Assembly (NCBI GenBank): GCA_034428275.1
Contig: DAOUIB010000352.1
Coordinates: 1 to 34,081, forward strand
DNA: 34,081 nt
Source of the DNA: Anaerolineae bacterium
GTDB taxonomy: Bacteria > Chloroflexota > Anaerolineae > Aggregatilineales > Phototrophicaceae
Direction of reading: 5' to 3'
Below, piece by piece: positions 26,975 to 34,081 of the stretch (the first letter of the stretch is position 1; each line of letters opens with the position of its first letter). The notes beneath the pieces are model-generated. The model ran no database searches and was not told the origin of the DNA. It saw only the letters and a program-made list of their open reading frames with translations. Both the position numbers and the translations under genes were made by a program.

Positions 26975-27047
26975 CAGGGGAGGCAGGAATCGAACCCACA
27001 ACCTACGGATTTGGAGACCGTTGCTCTGCCAATTGAGCTACTCCCCT
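26975..27047 (-). tRNA. tRNA-Trp (anticodon CCA)
   Basis: Hand-folded cloverleaf from the reverse complement: AGGGGAG-TA-GCTC-AATTGGCA-GAGC-A-ACGGT-CTCCAAA-TCCGT-AGGTT-GTGGG-TTCGATT-CCTGC-CTCCCCT-G. 73 nt, CCA tail not encoded. One T-T at positions 31-39 and two G-U pairs in the T stem. Confidence 0.9.
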
Positions 27048-27066
27048 ATGTGGCGATCCCGCGCGC

Positions 27067-27228
27067 TCAGCGGGTCTCGCGATAGAGCACGTGACGGCGC
27101 AGAAAGGGGTCGTACTTCTTCAGCTCCAGCCGGGCGGTGGTGGTGCGCCGGTTCTTGGAGGTGATGTACATGTGCCCGCTTTCGGTGCTCTTGAGTTTGA
27201 CGATGACGCGATTTCCCTTTTTTGCCAT
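27067..27228 (-). CDS. rpmG: 50S ribosomal protein L33
   Basis: Absent from the ORF track (53 aa). My translation of the minus strand: [53 protein letters not shown] followed by a stop. This is a canonical L33 (Cys-less form) in its usual position upstream of tRNA-Trp/secE. Confidence 0.9.
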   Translation of the reverse strand: MAKKGNRVIVKLKSTESGHMYITSKNRRTTTARLELKKYDPFLRRHVLYRETR

Positions 27229-27294
27229 GCTGCGATCCTGTTCCCTGGCGCGCTCGTTCCCTGCCGGAAGAGCGCTCCGCTACGTTTGAAAGCA

Positions 27295-27366
27295 AGCCTC
27301 TGACGGGATTTGAACCCGTGACCTCATTCTTACCAAGAATGCGCTCTACCCCTGAGCTACAGAGGC
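27295..27366 (-). tRNA. tRNA-Thr (anticodon GGT)
   Basis: Reverse complement folds as GCCTCTG-TA-GCTC-AGGGGTA-GAGC-G-CATTC-TTGGTAA-GAATG-AGGTC-ACGGG-TTCAAAT-CCCGT-CAGAGGC-T. 72 nt. Confidence 0.9.
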
Positions 27367-27370
27367 GCTG

Positions 27371-27453
27371 TGGGCCGGGCTGGATTCGAACCAGCGTAGG
27401 CTCTCGCCAATGAATTTACAGTCCATCCCCATTAGCCACTCGGGCACCGACCC
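27371..27453 (-). tRNA. tRNA-Tyr (anticodon GTA), class II with a long variable arm
   Basis: Reverse complement: GGGTCGG-TG-CCCGAGTGGCTAATGGGGA-TGGA-CTGTAAA-TTCAT-TGGCGAGAGCCTAC-GCTGG-TTCGAAT-CCAGC-CCGGCCC-A. 83 nt. Confidence 0.9.
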
Positions 27454-27591
27454 GTTTCCGCGCTGCAGGCCACTTCGCTCCCGGGATCCACTGTGGCCAC
27501 TAGCACTGATCGCTTCGCACTGACGGCTTCGCACTGACACCTTCGCCGGTGTCAGCATAAACCGCGGCCAGCATAAACCGCTCCCGGCACA
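27454..27591 (-). repeat. 138-nt tRNA-Tyr / tRNA-Thr spacer made of short tandem repeats and a hairpin
   Basis: Plus-strand view: gcttcgcactgac occurs twice (27512-27524 and 27526-27538), and cagcataaaccgc twice (27553-27565 and 27569-27581). An 8-bp inverted repeat ctgacacc/ggtgtcag lies at 27534-27541 / 27548-27555. cgctcccgg occurs at both ends (27476-27484 and 27579-27587). Confidence 0.6.
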
Positions 27592-27664
27592 AGCCACCGA
27601 CGGGATTCGAACCCGTAACCGCTCGCTTACAAGGCGAGAGCTCTGCCGGTTGAGCTACGGTGGC
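27592..27664 (-). tRNA. tRNA-Thr (anticodon TGT)
   Basis: Reverse complement folds as GCCACCG-TA-GCTC-AACCGGCA-GAGC-T-CTCGC-CTTGTAA-GCGAG-CGGTT-ACGGG-TTCGAAT-CCCGT-CGGTGGC-T. 73 nt. Confidence 0.9.
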
Positions 27665-27675
27665 ATGACCGTCGC

Positions 27676-27703
27676 AGTATAGCAGGGGCGCCTTGCCCGA
27701 CAA
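27676..27703 (-). promoter_or_regulatory. candidate promoter for the tRNA / rpmG-secE-nusG-rplKA cluster
   Basis: On the minus strand: TTGTCG (27703-27698), a 16-nt spacer, then TATACT (27681-27676). The -10 element ends 11 nt before the mature 5' end of tRNA-Thr(TGT). It overlaps the inverted repeat GCGCCTTG/CAAGGCGC. Confidence 0.5.
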
Positions 27704-27768
27704 GGCGCGGCCTGCCCGGCAGCACCTGGCGGGACGCAGGCGCATTCTAGTCAGGCGGGGGGTCGCTG

Positions 27769-28119
27769 TCAATCCCGGGCCAGGCGCTCCGGGGAAAGCA
27801 GGCCATGACGCAGCAGCCAGGCGCTGAGCTGCGCCATGCCCGGCTCCGTGATCATGTAGCCGCGATCGATGCCGCGCGGGCTGCTGTCCGGCGGCAGGGG
27901 CGCCGGCGCTTCCAGCGGCAGGTCGCTGCCCGGCGCGGCGATGACGAGCGTGGGGACGGAGAGGAATCCGACCCAGTCCAGCAGGCGCTGGCGGGCCCCG
28001 TCATCGTCATCGATGAACAGTTCGCGCCAGGCGACCCCGTGCAGGCGCAGGGTCTGCTGCGCCAGGGTGACCCAGGGGCAGGGCAGGCGGCGGTTGTACA
28101 TCACCAGTTCGAGGGTCAC
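27769..28119 (-). CDS. glutaredoxin/NrdH-like thioredoxin-fold protein with a single-Cys CPWV site
   Basis: LELVMYNRRLPCPWVTLAQQTLRLHGVAWRELFIDDDDGARQRLLDWVGFLSVPTLVI follows the Grx layout (beta-strand, C-P-x-x, helix, x-x-I-D-I-D..., then (T/S)VP). The GTG at 28119 forms a GTGA overlap with the amidase stop. An alternative ATG lies at 28101. Confidence 0.55.
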   Translation of the reverse strand: MTLELVMYNRRLPCPWVTLAQQTLRLHGVAWRELFIDDDDGARQRLLDWVGFLSVPTLVIAAPGSDLPLEAPAPLPPDSSPRGIDRGYMITEPGMAQLSAWLLRHGLLSPERLARD

Positions 28120-29114
28120 AGGCCATCGCTCCTCGCCGGCAGGTCGCTGCGCCGGTCCAGAAAGCACAGAATGCCATTGACCACGCCTCTGGCGACCTGG
28201 TCCGGACGCTGGGTCAGGAGCTCGCGGTCCGCCAGCATAAAGCCGGTCTCGATAATGGCTGCCGGCGTCCAGAGGTGGATCTCGCGGAAGGTATGGTAGC
28301 TGGTCATGTCCACCGTGACCCCCTCGTGGCGCCGCAGGCCGGTCTCGCGGGCGTAATGGCGCGCGATGCAGTCCACGAGGATGTCGTCGCGGCTGCGGGC
28401 GGCCACGCGCGCGGCGGCGGCGGCCACCAGAAAGCCGGAGACCTGTTCGCTGAAGGGCTGGCAGGTATTGGCGTGGATGGAGACCAGCGCCGCGGCCTGA
28501 TAGTCCTGCAGGCGCGGATCGAATTCGTCGAGCAGGTCGACGGAATAGCCGCGACCGCGCAGGCTGCGCACGATGCGCTGCGCCACGTCAAAGTTGATGT
28601 CGACCTCGGCCAGGCCGTCGAGGCAGAGCGCGCCGGGGTCCGGGTCGGCGCCGGGACTGGAGGGATTGGGGCCGCGGTGGCCGGCCACGATGCCGATGCG
28701 CTGCAACCAGTTGGGCGTGGGCGCGGCGGTGGGTCGGGCCACGATTTCAGCCTCCAGCGCTTCCATGCCCAGTTCGTTGCGCAGGTCGGCGGGGATGAAA
28801 TCCGGCGGAGTCCACCACACCAGAATGGTCGCGATCAGCCCGCTGGCGACGGCCACCAGAAAAAAGGCGCGCATGAAGCCCCCCAGCAGGCTGACGGCGC
28901 CCTGCTGCCGGTCGCTGCGACGCCGCTGCAAACGACGGTCGCGTTCCCGGGCGAGCGCGGCGGCCCGTCGCTGGCGGCTCTTCTCCGGCGCAGAGACCTG
29001 CTGGCTGCGCGCGCGCGCCGCCTGCCGCATCATTTCCTCGAATTCCTGCGCGGCAGGCCCTTGCGGCGGCTGTGGCTGGTCGCCGGAATCCGGCGGCTCG
29101 GGGGTATCGGACAT
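28116..29114 (-). CDS. membrane-anchored N-acetylmuramoyl-L-alanine amidase (Amidase_3 / MurNAc-LAA)
   Basis: Amidase_3 features: IGIVAGHRGP...DPGA, AEVDINFDVAQRIV, LVSIHAN, and AIIETGFMLADRELL. The N-terminus is charged and Pro/Arg-rich, followed by one TM (FFLVAVASGLIATILVWW). The start is uncertain: ATG 29114 is chosen, and TTG 29174 would add 20 Pro-rich residues. Confidence 0.85.
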   Translation of the reverse strand: MSDTPEPPDSGDQPQPPQGPAAQEFEEMMRQAARARSQQVSAPEKSRQRRAAALARERDRRLQRRRSDRQQGAVSLLGGFMRAFFLVAVASGLIATILVWWTPPDFIPADLRNELGMEALEAEIVARPTAAPTPNWLQRIGIVAGHRGPNPSSPGADPDPGALCLDGLAEVDINFDVAQRIVRSLRGRGYSVDLLDEFDPRLQDYQAAALVSIHANTCQPFSEQVSGFLVAAAAARVAARSRDDILVDCIARHYARETGLRRHEGVTVDMTSYHTFREIHLWTPAAIIETGFMLADRELLTQRPDQVARGVVNGILCFLDRRSDLPARSDGL

Positions 29115-29180
29115 TGAATTGCCGGGTGGCTGGTTGACGCCGGCGATTGTAGTCGGCGGCGGCGGCGGCGACAAGCGCGC

Positions 29181-31004
29181 TCAGGCGACTCCGTTCAGCA
29201 GCTGGCCGGCCGCCTCAATGTACTCCAGCGACTGGTGGCGGAAGTAGGTGTTGTAGAGCTCGGCATAGTGCCCGCCGCGGGCCAGCAGGGCCTCGTGGTT
29301 GCCTTCCTCAATGACCTCGCCATTGCGCAGGGCGATGATGCGGTCCGCGTGGCGAATGGTGGAAAGGCGATGGGCGATGACGATGCTGGTGCGTTGCGCC
29401 AGCACCAGGTCCAGTCCCTCCTGAATGAGAGTCTCGGTCAACGGGTCCACGCTGGCGGTGGCCTCGTCGAGGATGAAGATGGAGGGGTCCTGCAGCAGCA
29501 CGCGGGCCAGCGAGACCAGTTGCCGCTGCCCCATCGAAAGCGCGCTGCCGCGCTCGCCGACGGCCGTGTCCAGCCCCTCGGGCAAGGCTTTCAGCCAGTC
29601 GCCCTGGCCGACCATGCGCGCGCTGCGCTCGACGTCCGCGTCGCTGGCGTCGGGCCTGCCGTAGCGGATGTTGTCGCGCACGCTGCCGTCGAAGAGGAAG
29701 GGCGTCTGCGTCACCAGGCCCAGGCGGGTGTGGTAGTCGTGCAGGTCAAGCTCGCGGATATCCACGCCGTCGATGCGGATTTGGCCGCCCTGAAATTCGT
29801 AGAAGCGGGCGATCAGCTTGCCGATGCTGGACTTGCCGGAGCCGGTGTGGCCGACCAGCGCCAGGGTTTCGCCGGGCTGAATGGTGAGCGAAAAGTCCTG
29901 CAGCACCTGTTCCTTGTCGGTATAGCGAAAGTCGACGCGCTCGAAGCAGATTTCGCCGGCGATCTCGGGCAGCACCCGTGCGCCGCGCTGGATGACCTTC
30001 GGCTCGTCGTCGATGAGGGCGAAGACGCGCTCGCCGGCCGCCAGGCCGAGCTGGAACTGGCTCCAGAAGGAGGCGATGCTGGTCAGCGGGAACCAGAACA
30101 TCTGCATGCCCTGGATGAAAAGGAACCAGGTGCCGGCGCTGATGTCTCCCGCCTGGGCATCCAGGATGCCGAAATAGACCAGCGCGGTGGTGCCGAGGCC
30201 GGCCAGCAGGCCCAGCAGGGGAAAGATGCTGCTGAAGGTGTAGCCGCTGATCAGGTTGATGCGGTAGGAGCGTTTGTTGACGCCGAGAAACTCCGCGTAG
30301 ATGCTGCCTTCCTGGCGGAAAGTCTTGGCGATGCGGATGCCGCTGACCGTCTCCTGAATGTGGGCGCTGACCTCGGCCTGCACGCGGCGGGACTGGGTGA
30401 TGGTCTTGCGCGCGATGTGGCGAAAGCCGAGCGCCGTGGCGATGATGACCGGCGCCAGCAGAAGCAGAATCAGCGTCAGGCGCGGGCTGACGGTGAAGAG
30501 ATAGCCGATCAGCAAAACGACCAGCAGGAACTGGCTCATCAGGTCCGTCGTCAGGGTGACGACGGCCGAGAAGGCCTGGGTATCCGAGTTGACGCGGCTG
30601 ACGATCTTGCCGGAGGGGATGCTGTCGTAGAAGGATAGATCGCGACGCAGCACGGCGTCCATGGCGTCTTCGCGCAGACGCAGGGTGACGTTGCCGATGG
30701 CGGTGGCCGATTGCCACTGGCGCAGGGCATTGAAGACCCAGGCCAGCGCGCCCAGTATGACGGTGCCCAGCAGGGCCAGGATCAAATTGCGCTGGCTGGG
30801 GTCGGCGGCGACGCGGTCGATGGACTGCGAGATGAAGATCGGCAGGCCGGTGTTCAGCAGCGAGGTCGACAGGAGGGCGCAGGCGACCAGCACCATGCGC
30901 CGGCCCTCGGGACGGAAGTAGCCGAGAATGCGGCGCACCAGCTCGCGGTCGCTGTACTGGCGGTCGTATTCTTCGGCATCGAGGCCGTCCATGATGAAAC
31001 CCAT
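29181..31004 (-). CDS. ABC exporter half-transporter (fused TMD-NBD), MdlB/type IV exporter-like
   Basis: 607 aa with a six-helix TMD. Walker A GHTGSGKSS, signature LSMGQRQL, Walker B IFILDEATASVD. GGGGGAGGG RBS. Starts 3 nt after the upstream partner. Confidence 0.9.
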   Translation of the reverse strand: MGFIMDGLDAEEYDRQYSDRELVRRILGYFRPEGRRMVLVACALLSTSLLNTGLPIFISQSIDRVAADPSQRNLILALLGTVILGALAWVFNALRQWQSATAIGNVTLRLREDAMDAVLRRDLSFYDSIPSGKIVSRVNSDTQAFSAVVTLTTDLMSQFLLVVLLIGYLFTVSPRLTLILLLLAPVIIATALGFRHIARKTITQSRRVQAEVSAHIQETVSGIRIAKTFRQEGSIYAEFLGVNKRSYRINLISGYTFSSIFPLLGLLAGLGTTALVYFGILDAQAGDISAGTWFLFIQGMQMFWFPLTSIASFWSQFQLGLAAGERVFALIDDEPKVIQRGARVLPEIAGEICFERVDFRYTDKEQVLQDFSLTIQPGETLALVGHTGSGKSSIGKLIARFYEFQGGQIRIDGVDIRELDLHDYHTRLGLVTQTPFLFDGSVRDNIRYGRPDASDADVERSARMVGQGDWLKALPEGLDTAVGERGSALSMGQRQLVSLARVLLQDPSIFILDEATASVDPLTETLIQEGLDLVLAQRTSIVIAHRLSTIRHADRIIALRNGEVIEEGNHEALLARGGHYAELYNTYFRHQSLEYIEAAGQLLNGVA

Positions 31005-31007
31005 GGT

Positions 31008-32813
31008 TCAGCCCTCCCCCTGGTCCTGTGGCATCGGCTCCGCCGGCGGCAGGGCGACGTCGTAGCGGGCGAAGATGCGGCGATAGAGTTCGGAATCGCG
31101 CAGCAGTTCCTCGTGGCTGCCGCTGGCTGCGAGCCGGCCCTCGTCCAGCACCAGAATGTGATCGGCCCAGCGGATCTGTGAGAGGCGGTGGGTGATCAAC
31201 AATGTGGTGCGGCCCTGGCGGGCGCGATTGATGGCGTGCTGGATCTCGTCTTCGGTGGCGCTGTCGATGGCGCTGGTGGAGTCGTCGAGAATGAGGATGC
31301 GCGGGTCGCTGAGGAAGGCGCGCGCCAGGGCGAGGCGTTGGCGCTGCCCGCCGGAGAGCATGACGCCGCGCTCACCGATCTCCGTCTCGTAGCCCTCGGC
31401 GAAAGACTCGACGAAATCGTGCGCCTGGGCCTCGCGCGCCACCTCCACGATGCGCTCGTGGCTGGCGCCGGGCATGCCGAAGGCGATGTTGTCCGCGACG
31501 CTGCGCGAGAAGAGAAAGACGTCCTGCTCGATGCGCGAGATCTGCGAGCGCACGGCGTCCAGTTGCCAGTCGCGGATGTCCACGCCGTCGATCAGGATGC
31601 GGCCGGACGTGACGTCGTAGGTGCGGTTGATCAGGTCGGTCAGGGTGCTCTTGCCCGAGCCGGTCTGGCCAACGATGGCGACGGTCTCGCCGGGATGCAC
31701 GTGGAAGGAAACGTCCTGCAGCACCATGCCGTCGTCGTAACCGAAGCTGACGTTTTCGAAAACCAGATCGCCTTCCACGTGGCCGCTGTGCCCGCCGGCG
31801 TTCTCGTCCATGTCGGCGCTGGCGCGGATGAGTTCGAGGATGCGTTCGCCGCCGGCGATGCCCAGCTGCACCAGGGTGAAGGCGAAGACCGAAATGAAGA
31901 CCGGGAAGCGCATGGCGCTGACCAGCCCGGTCACGGCCACCACGCCGCCGATATCGAGGCGACCCGCGCCGAAGAGAATCATGGTGTGCAGGAAGGAGAG
32001 ACCGAGCGCGAAGCCGTAGAAGAGGTAGGGCAGGTAACGCGCCTCGATGGTGCCCTGTTCCACCAGATAGTCGCGCACGGCCTTTGCGTTGCGCATGAAC
32101 TTGCGCCGTTCGAAGCTCTCGCGGGCGCTGCCCTTGACGACCTCGATGCCGGTGATGGTCTCTTCGAGGCCGGCGTTCATGACGCCAAAGGCGAAGCGCT
32201 GCGCGCCAATGACGGGGCTGAGGCGGCGGAAGTAACTGCGCACGGTGACGATGTAGACCAGTATGAAGAGCACCGGCACCAAAATCAGTTGCGGGCTGAT
32301 GGCGGCGATGTAAACCACGGGCAGGCCCAGGCCCAGCACGATTTCGATGATGAAGAAGATGCCGGGATGCACCATGAAGTCCAGCTGGTTGACGTCGTCG
32401 GTGGCGCGCGCCATCACGTCGCCGACGCGCTGCCGGTCGTGGAAGGTCTGGCTCTTGCCCAGCAGGCTGACGTAGAGTTCCTCGCGCGAATCGTGGGCCA
32501 GTTTCTGGGCCATGGTCTCGATCGACAGGCTGCCGCCGAGGTGAGCCAGGCTGTCGATGAGCGAGACGACCAGCACGGCCAGGGCCGCCAGCATCAGGCT
32601 GTCCGGCCCGGAGGGGCTGGTGATTTCCCTGGCGGCGTCGCCGATTAGCACGCGCACCCAGGCCATGGCGCTCCAGCCGATCAGAAAGAGGAGGACGGAG
32701 CGCAGGAAGAGCAGGCGGTAGCGCAGGATGTGCGAGAAGATCCAGCGGCGCACGCCAGCGTGGTTGTAGGGGTAGGCATCGGCGACGCTGAACTCGCCTG
32801 TATTGCGGGACAC
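31008..32813 (-). CDS. ABC exporter half-transporter (fused TMD-NBD), MdlA/type IV exporter-like; heterodimer partner
   Basis: Walker A GQTGSGKST, signature LSGGQRQR, Walker B ILILDDSTSAID. GTG at 32813 is preceded by GGAGAA. The track start at GTG 32852 would add 13 residues. Confidence 0.9.
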   Translation of the reverse strand: MSRNTGEFSVADAYPYNHAGVRRWIFSHILRYRLLFLRSVLLFLIGWSAMAWVRVLIGDAAREITSPSGPDSLMLAALAVLVVSLIDSLAHLGGSLSIETMAQKLAHDSREELYVSLLGKSQTFHDRQRVGDVMARATDDVNQLDFMVHPGIFFIIEIVLGLGLPVVYIAAISPQLILVPVLFILVYIVTVRSYFRRLSPVIGAQRFAFGVMNAGLEETITGIEVVKGSARESFERRKFMRNAKAVRDYLVEQGTIEARYLPYLFYGFALGLSFLHTMILFGAGRLDIGGVVAVTGLVSAMRFPVFISVFAFTLVQLGIAGGERILELIRASADMDENAGGHSGHVEGDLVFENVSFGYDDGMVLQDVSFHVHPGETVAIVGQTGSGKSTLTDLINRTYDVTSGRILIDGVDIRDWQLDAVRSQISRIEQDVFLFSRSVADNIAFGMPGASHERIVEVAREAQAHDFVESFAEGYETEIGERGVMLSGGQRQRLALARAFLSDPRILILDDSTSAIDSATEDEIQHAINRARQGRTTLLITHRLSQIRWADHILVLDEGRLAASGSHEELLRDSELYRRIFARYDVALPPAEPMPQDQGEG

Positions 32814-33024
32814 GGGTTCTCCTGCTGGCTGGAAGGGCGGCCATTGTAGCACAGCGCTACTGCCTGTGAAGTGCTGTACGGGGCTGGCAGGGCCTGGTTG
32901 CGAAACTTGTGAAGTTCAATGAATCCTTAAAGAACTGGTACCGCAGTTAGGGAACACGCGAACAGGTTGCACGCGGACAACAATTGAAGATGTGTATACT
33001 GTGGCGCGTGGAGAAAGGCTTGTC

Positions 33025-34081
33025 ATGGACGTTGCGACGATTTTGCATCTGATTGATGCTGAAGAATACGGAATGCCCGTTTTCCAGCGGGGTTACGTCT
33101 GGAGCCGCCATCAAGTGCGACGATTCATGTCGTCGCTGTATCACCGCAACCCGGTGGGCAGCCTGCTCATATGGGTACCCCATGAGGCGACTGATGTTCG
33201 CAAGGGCAGCAAATCTCCCGCCGGCAACATAAAACTCATCGTCGATGGTCAGCAGCGACTCACGACCCTCTATGGCATTGTGCGCGGCGAGGCACCCCCT
33301 TTCTTTATCGGCAATGCCGGTAGTTTTCGCGATTTGTACTTCCATCTGGATGCGGAAAAGGGCGAAGAGTTCGAGTTCTACGGCCCGGTGAGGATGAAGA
33401 ACAACCCGCGTTGGGTGAGCGTGACGGAAGTCCTGCAGAAAGGCTCCGGCAGGTTCTTCGAAGAAAGACTTGCCGCGGGCCTTTTACTTCCGGCGGATAT
33501 TGCCAAACTGAACCAGTTGGACCGTGTCCTGGAGAAGGAGTTTCACGCCGAGACCATCACTGGTCGCGACCTTGATGAGGTCGTAAATATCTTTAACGAG
33601 GTCAACAGCGGTGGTACGAAACTTAGCTCCGCCGATTTGGCCATGGCCAAAGTCAGTGTGTTGCGCTCTTCTGCCAGAAAGGAGATGGAACTCTGCCTGC
33701 AGAAGTGGCGCAAAAGCGGCTACGACTTCAGTTTCAACTGGTTGTTGCGCGGCATCACGATTCACATTTTCGGGGACGCACGCTATAGCGCGCTGGAACG
33801 GGTCGATGCGGAAAAATTTGGTGAAGGATTGCGGCAATTCAGCAATCACATTGATGACTTGCTTTTGCAAATTCGCGCCAACCTCGGGCTGGACAACAGC
33901 AGCGTGTTACGCAGTGAGTTCGCCTTGCTGGTGCTGGCACGATATCTCAAACTAAATGGAGGCCTGCGGCAGGGTGAAGCGGAAATTGCCCGCCTCCTGT
34001 ACTGGTATATCCACTGCGTGCTTTGGGGACGCTATTCCGGTGCAACCGAAGCTCGCCTTAACCAGGACCTTGCGATTCTGC
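33025..34081 (+). CDS. DUF262 / GmrSD-family protein (ParB-like nuclease superfamily), 5' part only; the ORF is open to the window edge
   Basis: Absent from the ORF track because there is no stop before the edge. ATG at 33025 with GGAG at 33010-33013. My translation: MDVATILHLIDAEEYGMPVFQRGYVWSRHQVRRFMSSLYHRNPVGSLLIW...IKLIVDGQQRLTTLYGIV...IFNEVNSGGTKLSSADLAMAK... (352 codons without a stop). FQRxxVW, DGQQR(L/T)T and NxxGxxLxxxDL are the DUF262 hallmarks. Confidence 0.85.
   Translation, partial: MDVATILHLIDAEEYGMPVFQRGYVWSRHQVRRFMSSLYHRNPVGSLLIWVPHEATDVRKGSKSPAGNIKLIVDGQQRLTTLYGIVRGEAPPFFIGNAGSFRDLYFHLDAEKGEEFEFYGPVRMKNNPRWVSVTEVLQKGSGRFFEERLAAGLLLPADIAKLNQLDRVLEKEFHAETITGRDLDEVVNIFNEVNSGGTKLSSADLAMAKVSVLRSSARKEMELCLQKWRKSGYDFSFNWLLRGITIHIFGDARYSALERVDAEKFGEGLRQFSNHIDDLLLQIRANLGLDNSSVLRSEFALLVLARYLKLNGGLRQGEAEIARLLYWYIHCVLWGRYSGATEARLNQDLAIL

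Noticed and set aside
27511-27581. Possible mini-CRISPR or other array, from the short direct repeats in the tRNA spacer.
   Set aside because: There are only two copies of each 13-mer, directly adjacent (14- and 16-nt periods) with no spacers, and no cas genes in the window. This is consistent with slippage repeats, not CRISPR.
27346-27772. Track ORFs 27346..27597- (83 aa), 27500..27772- (90 aa) and 27038..27295- (85 aa).
   Set aside because: They overlap three hand-folded tRNA genes and, for the last one, rpmG/tRNA-Trp in a different frame. They are not credible CDSs.
32947-33955. Track ORFs 32947..33345- (132 aa), 33484..33870- (128 aa) and 33611..33955+ (114 aa).
   Set aside because: All lie inside, and antisense or out of frame to, the 352-codon open frame that carries the DUF262 motifs.

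Overview
High-GC bacterial chromosomal window (about 65-75% GC by eye on sampled lines), densely coding. I saw no rRNA, CRISPR array, transposase or integrase.

Left third, + strand:
- pyruvate/acetoin-type 2-oxoacid dehydrogenase E1alpha-E1beta-E2
- a divergent DapA/NAL-family aldolase
- a CUT1-type sugar ABC importer (two permeases, a Tat-signal binding protein, a strong terminator)
- a leaderless Cys-type sulfatase
- a NodB-type deacetylase
- a complete Dpp/Opp-type ABC importer
- convergent to these, a radical-SAM/SPASM anaerobic sulfatase maturase

Middle:
- a PPOX-family gene followed by two uncharacterised polytopic membrane genes
- an SDR
- two tandem paralogous SH3b-YkuD L,D-transpeptidases
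- surE

A conserved minus-strand translation cluster follows: tRNA-Thr(TGT), tRNA-Tyr, tRNA-Thr(GGT), rpmG, tRNA-Trp, secE, nusG, rplK, rplA. rpmG and the four tRNAs are absent from the supplied ORF track. Where rplJ-rplL would normally follow rplA there is a roughly 1.7 kb low-GC gene. It encodes an 8-TM protein with two beta-sandwich-like C-terminal modules.

Right end:
- an Amidase_3 gene coupled to a monothiol glutaredoxin-like gene
- a heterodimeric ABC exporter
- a second low-GC segment holding an ORF missing from the track because it runs off the window: a DUF262/GmrSD-family, defence-type protein

I do not see a complete, clearly novel multi-gene system inside the window. The best leads are the two low-GC islands, the cytoplasmic sulfatase/maturase/importer locus and the PPOX-membrane operon.
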